The notes beneath the pieces were generated by a model. It worked only from the letters and a program-made list of their open reading frames with translations, was not told the DNA's origin and did no database searches. From Dehalococcoidia bacterium (GTDB lineage: Bacteria > Chloroflexota > Dehalococcoidia > Bin125): DNA of 64,000 nucleotides. The stretch spans positions 2,054,938 through 2,118,937 of the forward strand of contig OZ242948.1 in NCBI GenBank assembly GCA_965211635.1. The letters are read 5' to 3'. Both the position numbers and the translations under genes were made by a program. This document shows, piece by piece, positions 35,364 through 42,645 of this stretch. The stretch's first letter is position 1, and each line of letters starts with the position of its first letter.

Positions 35364-35696
35364 ATGCAGTACATCCTGCTAGTGCGGCTGTGGCCGGAGG
35401 GAATCGACGCCACCGCAGAGAATCCGCAGGCCCCGCTGGAGGCAGAACGCAGCGTCTCGATTCCCGGCGTCAGCGCACTTGGAATCTACGCTGTGCTTGG
35501 ACCCTACGACTTCACCGCGATTATCGATGCTCCCGACAATGACGCGGCCGCACGCTGGTCGATTGCCTTCTCAACCCGGATTCGCGGAGAGATCACGACC
35601 ATGCCGGCGGTGCCGATTTCGCACCTGCAGGATCAGGGCGGCGGGAGAGACGTTGAGCAGATGTCGGAGCCGTTGCCGGGGCAAACGGGAGGATAG
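35364..35696 (+). CDS. GYD domain protein
   Basis: MQYILLVRLWPEGIDATAE...GVSALGIYAVLGPYDFTAIIDAPDNDAAARWSIAF, the GYD family signature (L..GPYD). Confidence 0.7.
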   Translation: MQYILLVRLWPEGIDATAENPQAPLEAERSVSIPGVSALGIYAVLGPYDFTAIIDAPDNDAAARWSIAFSTRIRGEITTMPAVPISHLQDQGGGRDVEQMSEPLPGQTGG

Positions 35697-35704
35697 GAGC
35701 GGCT

Positions 35705-35852
35705 CTCACTCCCGCTGCCCTCCCCGCCTTCGCGGGGACAGGCTCTTGGGGGGAAGCTCCCGCGTAGCGGGTGAAGGGGGGACCGCCGACATCGGTGGCT
35801 GGCCGGACCCCCCTCTGCCTTCGGCATCTCCCCCCGCGCTGCGGGGGGAGAG
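35705..35852. repeat. GC-rich modular palindromic repeat (family C copy) between the GYD gene and tRNA-Thr(CGU)
   Basis: CCCCGC-CTTC-GCGGGG, CTCTTGGGGGGAAGCTCCCGCGTAGCGGGTGAAGGGGGGACC, CTCCCCCCGC-GCTG-CGGGGGGAG. Confidence 0.6.
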
Positions 35853-35897
35853 GTAGTTTGGGAGATGGCGCGCACCACGCTTGATGGACTGGCGTGC

Positions 35898-35972
35898 TGG
35901 AGCCGGCGGGGGGATTCGAACCCTCGGCCTACGGTTTACGAAACCGTTGCTCTACCACTGAGCTACGCCGGC
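35898..35972 (-). tRNA. tRNA-Thr (anticodon CGU)
   Basis: Minus-strand read: GCCGGCGTAGCTCAGTGGTAGAGCAACGGTTTCGTAAACCGTAGGCCGAGGGTTCGAATCCCCCCGCCGGCTCCA. Anticodon loop TTCGTAA, one A-C mismatch in the T-stem, encoded CCA. Confidence 0.8.
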
Positions 35973-36137
35973 GTCGGTGCACATCTGAGCGTATCGCACG
36001 AGTTTCTCCGAGCCGACCGACGTTTGACCCTCCAGGGGGCCCAAGCAAGCGCCTGTAGAGCCGTCGAAACAGTACAAGGCGATAGTGATGCTCTATAGGT
36101 AGAGCTCTATACCTGATGCTTGTTCTATGGTGCCCAT

Positions 36138-36800
36138 ATGTTCCGTTTGACCGTGTCTACGCCCGACGACGAACTGGTCCCACCCCTACAACCCGCGCTT
36201 GAACGAGCCGGGTTGCAAGTCGTTCGCTACACGCCGGCTGAAGGTGCGGAACCCGACCCCGCCGCCGCCCCGGACGTTCTCCTACTCGACTGGCGCGCAG
36301 CGCTCCCGCTCTCCAAACCCTCGGAGGTCCGCGCCTGGCCTGAGGCTATGCGCCTCGCGGTCGTGCGACCGATCGACGCGATCCAGCTCAGTCCAGCACA
36401 CGAACTGGACGACTTTATTCTGGCGCCCGTGCACGAGGCCGAGCTCGTCGCTCGCGTGCAACTCGTCCTCTGGCGACATGGTCGCGCACTCTCGCGTAAC
36501 ACGCTGGAGGCCGGCGACTTGATCGTTGACACCTCGAACTACCAGGTGTTCGAAGGCGGTCGCTCGATAACCCTGACGTTCAAGGAGTTTGAGCTGCTGC
36601 GCTTCCTGATGACTCACAACCAGCAGGTCTTCACTCGCGAGACGCTGCTCAACCGGGTCTGGGGTTACAACTACTATGGCGGCTCGCGCACCGTTGACGT
36701 GCACATCCGGCGGCTGCGCTCCAAACTCGAGGCCGGTGGTCAGCGCTACGTCGAGACCGTGCGCAATGTTGGCTATCGATTCGGCCTGCCCCTGCGCTGA
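36138..36800 (+). CDS. OmpR/PhoB-family winged-helix response regulator with divergent receiver domain (GlnR-like orphan regulator)
   Basis: C-terminal trans_reg_C: LEAGDLIVDTSNYQVFEGGRSITLTFKEFELLRFLMTHNQQVFTRETLLNRVWGYNYYGGSRTVDVHIRRLRSKLE...VETVRNVGYRF. N-terminal receiver-like ~110 aa with weak acidic pocket. Sits directly upstream of two glnA genes. ATG at 36138 preferred over the track's TTG at 36120. Confidence 0.7.
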   Translation: MFRLTVSTPDDELVPPLQPALERAGLQVVRYTPAEGAEPDPAAAPDVLLLDWRAALPLSKPSEVRAWPEAMRLAVVRPIDAIQLSPAHELDDFILAPVHEAELVARVQLVLWRHGRALSRNTLEAGDLIVDTSNYQVFEGGRSITLTFKEFELLRFLMTHNQQVFTRETLLNRVWGYNYYGGSRTVDVHIRRLRSKLEAGGQRYVETVRNVGYRFGLPLR

Positions 36801-36866
36801 CGAATGCATGGTTCGTTGAGACAATCGCGACACACAACGCGGCCCTCAGAGGCGCACACGGCGGGC

Positions 36867-36882
36867 GTAACTCAGGTGTAAC
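36867..36882. promoter_or_regulatory. GlnR-box-like direct repeat GTAAC-N6-GTAAC upstream of glnA
   Basis: GTAACtcaggtGTAACtcaatc, ~150 nt upstream of the glnA ATG. Matches the actinobacterial GlnR half-site pattern GTnAC-N6-GnAAC. Confidence 0.35.
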
Positions 36883-37032
36883 TCAATCGCCATTTGCACG
36901 GAGCGGGTCGGCCATAGGCTGAGTCTCGGCAAACGTAGACGCCGCGCGGCATAAGCCAGCGCAACGCGCAGGCAGACGGATGACCGGACCCCAATCTCCG
37001 CGCGGTACCGAGAGACAGAGAGGCATGAGCCC

Positions 37033-38451
37033 ATGGCTACCCTTGGCGACATCCAGAACCTGATCCAGGATCAGGGCATCCGTCGCGTTGATCTGTTGGT
37101 GACCGACCTGATCGGCCGCTGGCAGCACTTCAGCATTCCCGCGTCGAAGGTAGACGAGGACCTGGTCAACCGCGGACAGGGCTTCGACGGTTCCTCGCTG
37201 CGCGGCTTCCAGAGCATCGACGAATCGGACATGCTGCTGCGGCCGGACCTTGACTCGGCGCGGCTGGACCCGACCGAGACCGTGCCGACGCTGAAGTTCA
37301 TCTGCGACGTCCATGATCCGGTGACCGGCGACCGTTACAGCCGCGACCCGCGCTACGTGGCGACCAAGGCCGAGCAGCACATGATCGACTCGGGGATTGC
37401 CGATCAGGCCTTTTTCGGTCCGGAGCTTGAGTTCTTCCTGTTCGACCACGTCCAGTTCCAGATGTCGATCAACCAGGCCTTCTACGTCGTCGAGTCGGAC
37501 GAGGCAGACTGGAACAGCGGACGCGACGAGGACGAAAACAACCTCGGCTACAAGATCCCACCCAAGCAGGGCTACTCGCCGACCGCGCCGTTCGACACGC
37601 TGAGTGACATCCGCTGGGAGATGGCCGACGCGATGGAAGCGGTGGGGATGGAGTTGGAGGTGCACCACCACGAAGTCGCGACCGGCGGCCAGGGTGAGAT
37701 CGCGACGCGATTCAACACGCTGCGCAACAAGGCGGACGAGACCCAGTGGTACAAGCACATCGTGCGCAACGTGGCCAAGGCGAACGGCAAGTCGGCCACC
37801 TTCATGCCCAAGCCGCTCTACGGCGACAACGGCACCGGCATGCACTGCCACCAGTCGCTGTGGAAGGACGGCTCGCCGCTCTTCTACGAGTCCGGCCGGT
37901 ACGCCGATCTCTCCGACACCGCCCGACACTACATCGGCGGCCTGCTCAAGCACGGCTCGGCGCTGCTCGCATTCTGCGCGCCGACGACCAACTCCTACAA
38001 GCGCCTGGTGCCCGGCTTCGAGGCGCCGATCTACCTGGCCTTCTCACAGCGCAACCGCTCGGCGGCGGTCCGTATCCCGACCTACGAGACCTCGCCGAAC
38101 AGCAAGCGGATCGAGTTCCGCCCGCCCGACGCCTCGGCCAACACGTACTTGGCGTTCTCGGCGATGCTGATGGCCGGACTGGACGGGATCCGCAAGCGGA
38201 TCGAGCCGGACGACCCCGTCGACACCGACATCTACGAGTTGAGTCCTGAGGAAGCCGCCGGCATCCCTTCGGTCCCGCACTCGCTCGAAGGCTCGCTCCA
38301 GGCCCTCGCCGAAGACCACGACTTCCTGATGGAAGGCGGCGTCTTCACCCAGGATCTGATCGACGAGTACCAGGACTTCAAGCTGACGGAGGCGCGGGAC
38401 GTCTTCATGCACCCGGTCGCGGCGGAGTTCTTCCACTACTACCACATCTAG
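37033..38451 (+). CDS. glnA: Glutamine synthetase, type I
   Basis: 472 aa, MATLGDIQNLIQDQGIRRVDLLVTDLIGRWQHFS...; GS beta-grasp plus catalytic domain (FGPELEFFLFD, MPKPLYGDNGTGMHCHQSLW). Confidence 0.95.
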   Translation: MATLGDIQNLIQDQGIRRVDLLVTDLIGRWQHFSIPASKVDEDLVNRGQGFDGSSLRGFQSIDESDMLLRPDLDSARLDPTETVPTLKFICDVHDPVTGDRYSRDPRYVATKAEQHMIDSGIADQAFFGPELEFFLFDHVQFQMSINQAFYVVESDEADWNSGRDEDENNLGYKIPPKQGYSPTAPFDTLSDIRWEMADAMEAVGMELEVHHHEVATGGQGEIATRFNTLRNKADETQWYKHIVRNVAKANGKSATFMPKPLYGDNGTGMHCHQSLWKDGSPLFYESGRYADLSDTARHYIGGLLKHGSALLAFCAPTTNSYKRLVPGFEAPIYLAFSQRNRSAAVRIPTYETSPNSKRIEFRPPDASANTYLAFSAMLMAGLDGIRKRIEPDDPVDTDIYELSPEEAAGIPSVPHSLEGSLQALAEDHDFLMEGGVFTQDLIDEYQDFKLTEARDVFMHPVAAEFFHYYHI

Positions 38452-38504
38452 GACGGGCTCTCGCAGTCTCGCCTGTCTCGGAAGGGCGACCGATCTTCTC
38501 AGGT

Positions 38505-38572
38505 TTTGTAGGGGCAGCCCTTGTGGCTGCCCTCCCAGTCGGGCGGGCGACCACAAGGGTCGCCCCTACAGC
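38505..38572. repeat. MITE-like inverted-repeat element, family B, between the two glutamine synthetase genes
   Basis: TGTAGGGGCAGCCCTTGTGGCTGCCC ...18 nt... GGGCGACCACAAGGGTCGCCCCTACAG. The terminal CTGTAG/CTACAG are inverted. Confidence 0.7.
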
Positions 38573-38592
38573 CGAGGGACCGGGAAACAACA

Positions 38593-39942
38593 ATGACCAG
38601 CCTTGATGCAGACCTTAACGCTCCACCGAACGAGCATCAGCACGTCCTGAACGCCTGCCGCGAACATGACGTTCGCTTCGTGCGGCTCTGGTTCACCGAC
38701 CTGCTGGGTCAACTGAAATCCGTGGCGATCACGATTGACGAGCTGCCGGCCGCGCTCGAAAAGGGCGTCGAGTTCGACGGCGCGTCGATCGAGGGATTCG
38801 CCCGACACGACGAGTCGGACATGGTGGCGCTTCCTGATCCGGACACGTTCGTGGTCCTGCCCTGGCGACCTGAGCAGCACCGCGTTGCACGGATGATCTG
38901 CGACATCCACCGGCGCAACGGCGAGCCGTTTGAGGGCGACCCACGCCGCGTGCTGCGCCGCCAGCTCGAGTCGGCGCAACAGCGCGGTTACACCTTCTAT
39001 GTCGCTCCGCAGATCGAGTACTTCTACTTCCGCGCGCCGGACGATCCGTCACCGCTGGACTCGGGCGGATACTTCGATCTCTCCCCGCTCGACACGGCGA
39101 CGGATCTGCGTCGGGAGACTGTGCTAACGCTGGAGGAGATGGGTATCGGGGTTGAGTCTTCGCATCACGAAGCGGCGCCCTCTCAGCACGAGATCGACCT
39201 TCGCTACACCGACGCGTTGACCATGGCCGACCAGGTGATGACCACGCGCCTGGTGGTCAAGGAGGTCGCCATCAAGCAAGGGGTACACGCGACGTTCATG
39301 CCCAAGCCGCTCAACGGCGTCAATGGCTCCGGGATGCACGTGTACCTCTCGCTCTGGGACCATGAGCAGAATCTGTTCTACGAGGAAGGCGGCGGTCTCT
39401 CTGAGACTGCGCGTTCCTTCCTTGCCGGTCTGCTTGCCTACACGCCGCAGTTCACGTTGATCACCAACCAGTGGTCGAACAGTTACAAGCGCCTCGCGCC
39501 GGGGACCGAGGCGCCTGTGTACCTGACCTGGTCACACGCGAATCAGTCGGACCTGGTCCGCATTCCCGAGTACGAGCCGGGCGACGCGGAGTCGAGCCGG
39601 CTGGAGTATCGCGGCGCCGACTCGGCGACGAATCCGTACCTCGCGTTTTCGGTCTTCCTGGCGGCCGGTCTGCGCGGCATTGACGAGGGCTTGGCCCCGC
39701 CGCCGGCGGCCGAGGACAACGTCTTCGAACTGACTTCGACCCAGCGGGCGGCTCGCAGCATTCTCGAGATGCCAACCACCCAAGGTCGGGCGATCGAAGC
39801 CTTTGCGGCATCGGAGTTGATGAAGACGATTCTGGGAGAGTACGTCTGGACGACGGTGTTGGAGAACAAGCGGCTGGAGTGGAACGAGTACCGCTCACAG
39901 GTCACTGACTACGAGCTGCGTCGATACCTGGCCGTGCTGTAA
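38593..39942 (+). CDS. Glutamine synthetase, type I (second, shorter paralogue)
   Basis: Start MTSLDADLNAPPNEHQHVLNACREHDVRFVRLWFTDLLGQLKSV...; MPKPLNGVNGSGMHVYLSLW. The 24 upstream codons in the ORF track (38521..) are a family-B repeat, not coding. Confidence 0.9.
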   Translation: MTSLDADLNAPPNEHQHVLNACREHDVRFVRLWFTDLLGQLKSVAITIDELPAALEKGVEFDGASIEGFARHDESDMVALPDPDTFVVLPWRPEQHRVARMICDIHRRNGEPFEGDPRRVLRRQLESAQQRGYTFYVAPQIEYFYFRAPDDPSPLDSGGYFDLSPLDTATDLRRETVLTLEEMGIGVESSHHEAAPSQHEIDLRYTDALTMADQVMTTRLVVKEVAIKQGVHATFMPKPLNGVNGSGMHVYLSLWDHEQNLFYEEGGGLSETARSFLAGLLAYTPQFTLITNQWSNSYKRLAPGTEAPVYLTWSHANQSDLVRIPEYEPGDAESSRLEYRGADSATNPYLAFSVFLAAGLRGIDEGLAPPPAAEDNVFELTSTQRAARSILEMPTTQGRAIEAFAASELMKTILGEYVWTTVLENKRLEWNEYRSQVTDYELRRYLAVL

Positions 39943-39978
39943 GCGGCCGAGAGATTCTGCAGTCGAGGCGAAGACCGC

Positions 39979-41016
39979 TCAAAGAGGTTTGCGGGCCAGG
40001 AAGCAATAGAGCGGCGTGAAGATGCCAGTTTGACCGCCGGCAATGTAGGCCTGCGCGGTACGATCCATCATCCCAATCACGTCTGTCGAACCCTCTGGGA
40101 ATATCCTCAACAGCTCGGCCAAACGAGTTCCGCCGAGGAACACCCGACGTCCCAACAGGCTCTTGAGGATCCCACCTCGCGCGCCGCCGTACCACTCGAC
40201 GGGTCGATACCAGGGAATGCTGGCGCCGTCCTGCACGATGCCAAGGTCCTGCCCCTCGACCACCTCGAATCCAACCGCATCGAGCGCGCGATCCACTTCG
40301 CCGGTGGTGGCGATCTCCTTGAGCGCGATCCCCTGCTGCAACTCCCGCTTGATTTCCTGGTGTTGAGGATCGCCCGGCGCGAATCGGTCGGTCATGCACA
40401 TCTCTTGACCCCAGAAGAGCGCGCCTGGTTTGAGCACGCGGTAGATCTCGGCGAAGGCGCCTTCCTTGTCCGGTGCGTGACAGGTCGATTCGATCGCGTA
40501 ACCGCGGTCGAACGTGGCGTCGGCGATGGCGCTCATGTCCATGAAACTGGCGCAGAGGTAGTCGACCATCTCCTCGAGACCCGCGTCGGCGCTGAGCGAC
40601 CTTGCCAGGTCCAACTGGCGCTCATTGATGTTGACGCCGGTGACGCGGACGTCGGCTTCACGGGCAACGCGGCGCATGGGGCCGCCAACGCCGCATCCAA
40701 CATCGATGACGTTCATGCCCGGTTGCAGTTCCAAGCTCCTAATGATCTGGCGCTGGTGCCTGATCTGGGAGTCTTCCAGGCGCTCGTCGGGTGCGAGCGG
40801 GGCGAAGTGCAGGGATTCGCCCCAGCCGAAGACCATGAACTCGTTGCAGAGGTCGTAGTAGTCCTTGACCGTCTGGGTGTGGTCGTAGGCAGCGCTGTCA
40901 TGATTGATTTCGGCGCGTTCCATCCAGCCTTCGAGATGCCGAAGCCGACGTTGGACAACGCCTTCGCTTCCGCGATACGCCGATTTCAGCCGTCGGGAGA
41001 GTTCAAACAGTTGCAT
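39979..41016 (-). CDS. Class I SAM-dependent methyltransferase of the sterol C-24 methyltransferase (Erg6/SMT)-like family
   Basis: 345 aa, YYDLCNEFMVFGWGESLHFA (SMT region I; compare yeast Erg6 YYDLxTDLYEYGWGSSFHF), SAM motif VIDVGCGVGGP. C-terminal region consistent with Sterol_MT_C. Confidence 0.75.
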   Translation of the reverse strand: MQLFELSRRLKSAYRGSEGVVQRRLRHLEGWMERAEINHDSAAYDHTQTVKDYYDLCNEFMVFGWGESLHFAPLAPDERLEDSQIRHQRQIIRSLELQPGMNVIDVGCGVGGPMRRVAREADVRVTGVNINERQLDLARSLSADAGLEEMVDYLCASFMDMSAIADATFDRGYAIESTCHAPDKEGAFAEIYRVLKPGALFWGQEMCMTDRFAPGDPQHQEIKRELQQGIALKEIATTGEVDRALDAVGFEVVEGQDLGIVQDGASIPWYRPVEWYGGARGGILKSLLGRRVFLGGTRLAELLRIFPEGSTDVIGMMDRTAQAYIAGGQTGIFTPLYCFLARKPL

Positions 41017-41079
41017 GGAGCCTCTTGCCGCGAGCGCTGAGTACTGTCCCGATTAAGTCAAGACGCCAGTGAGTGTGGA

Positions 41080-42645
41080 CTAGTTGCCGACAGCAGCCGC
41101 AGAGAGTGCTGCCGCCTGCTCGAACAGGCCCTCGGTTGAGCTGTGGATGACGTCGAAGAGCGGCGTCGGGTAGAGGCCGATGAAGAGGACACCTGCGACG
41201 AGCACGACCAGTGCTCCGGCCAGCGGCCTGGAGACGTGGAAGCGGGCGCGGTCGGAGCCCTCGGGCTCGTAGAGGTACATCTGCTTGATCACCATCAGGT
41301 AGTAGTAGAGCGAGACGAACGAAACGGTCACACCGATCGCGCCCAACCACAGGAAGCCGTTGTTGAATGCGGCCTGGAAGATGATGAACTTGGTCGCAAA
41401 GCCTGCGAACAGGGGCATGCCTGCAAGCGAGAACAATGCGGCCGCGATCGCGAACGCCAAGAACGGTTGGCGTTCGGCCAGCCCCCTCAGGTCCACGATG
41501 TCGTCGCGGCCGGTGCGGTTGTAGAAGGCGATGATCGCTGCGAATACGGCGATGTTGGTTGTGACATAGCCGATGAGGTGTAAGACGAGGGCCGAGGCGG
41601 CGTCCTGGGATTGTGTGATGTTGGCAGCGTCGAGCGCGACGATTCCAACCAAGAGATAGCCGACCTGGGAGATCGAGGAATAGGCCATCAGCCGCTTGAA
41701 GTTGGTCTGCTGGAGCGCCATGAGGTTACCGACGATCATCGTGACGGCGGCCAGGATGCCGACGAACCAGACCCACTCGGCGGCGGCGGGCAGGAAGGCT
41801 TCGGAGAAGAGTCGCAGGAAGAAGGCAAAGGCCGCGGCCTTGCCGCCGGCGCTGAGGAATGCGGTGATCGGCAAGGGCGCGCCCTGGTATGCGTCCGGCG
41901 TCCACTGGTGGAAGGGCACAGCCGAGACCTTGAAGCCGAGTCCGGCAGTGATCAGCACGAGTCCGATCAGCAGACCTGGCCGCGCGCCGTCGGGGTCGAC
42001 GCCGCCGCTGCCGCCGGCGAAGGATGCAAGCTGGCCGGCGATACTGCGCGTGCCCTCGACGACGTCGGGGCCGATCGCCGAGTATGTGGTGCTGCCGGTG
42101 ACGCCGTAGATCAGCGAGATGCCGTAGAGCATCAGCGCTGAGGAGAACGCGCCGAGCAGCATGTACTTGAGCGAGCCCTCGTTGGAGAACGGATTGAGCT
42201 TGTTGAAGCCGACGAGGATGTAGAAGCTGAACGAAAGCAGCTCAAGCGAGAGGTACGCCGTCAACAGCTCGCGCGATGCCGCCAGGAGCATCATGCCCAG
42301 CGTCGCGAAGACGATCAGGCCGTAAAACTCAGCGTGGTTCTTGAGACGGTCGCCGGCGAACTGGACGGCGGCCATCACCGTGAAGAATGCGATTCCCAGG
42401 AAGAACACGCGGAACAGCACGGTGAAGTGATCGACTGCGAGCACGCCGCCGAAGTCGTCGTTGGTGTCCCAATAGGCAACGGCCGTGACGATCGCGATGA
42501 TCGCCAGTCCGACTGCGGTGGCGTAGCCGAACCACTTTTGGTCGACCTGGCGGAAGATCAACGCAGCCGCGATCACGACCACGGCCAGACCGGCCATGAC
42601 GAATTCGGGGATGATCAGTTGATATTCGAGGTCCATCAGGTTCAC
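41080..42645 (-). CDS. nuoN: NADH-quinone oxidoreductase subunit N
   Basis: 521 aa polytopic antiporter-like subunit. Last gene of the nuo cluster. Confidence 0.9.
   Translation of the reverse strand: MNLMDLEYQLIIPEFVMAGLAVVVIAAALIFRQVDQKWFGYATAVGLAIIAIVTAVAYWDTNDDFGGVLAVDHFTVLFRVFFLGIAFFTVMAAVQFAGDRLKNHAEFYGLIVFATLGMMLLAASRELLTAYLSLELLSFSFYILVGFNKLNPFSNEGSLKYMLLGAFSSALMLYGISLIYGVTGSTTYSAIGPDVVEGTRSIAGQLASFAGGSGGVDPDGARPGLLIGLVLITAGLGFKVSAVPFHQWTPDAYQGAPLPITAFLSAGGKAAAFAFFLRLFSEAFLPAAAEWVWFVGILAAVTMIVGNLMALQQTNFKRLMAYSSISQVGYLLVGIVALDAANITQSQDAASALVLHLIGYVTTNIAVFAAIIAFYNRTGRDDIVDLRGLAERQPFLAFAIAAALFSLAGMPLFAGFATKFIIFQAAFNNGFLWLGAIGVTVSFVSLYYYLMVIKQMYLYEPEGSDRARFHVSRPLAGALVVLVAGVLFIGLYPTPLFDVIHSSTEGLFEQAAALSAAAVGN

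Noticed and set aside
36800-37033. Glutamine riboswitch (glnA RNA motif) or other leader upstream of glnA
   Set aside because: I could not recognise the conserved E-loop/pseudoknot consensus by eye. The region looks like an ordinary promoter/operator region, so I reported only the GlnR-box-like direct repeat.
38521-38592. Upstream 24 codons of the second glutamine synthetase ORF (MWLPSQSGGRPQGSPLQPRDRETT)
   Set aside because: This stretch is the family-B repeat element read in frame. The homologous GS N-terminus begins at MTSLDADLN (38593), and the identical GRPQGSPLQ peptide appears wherever the repeat occurs.
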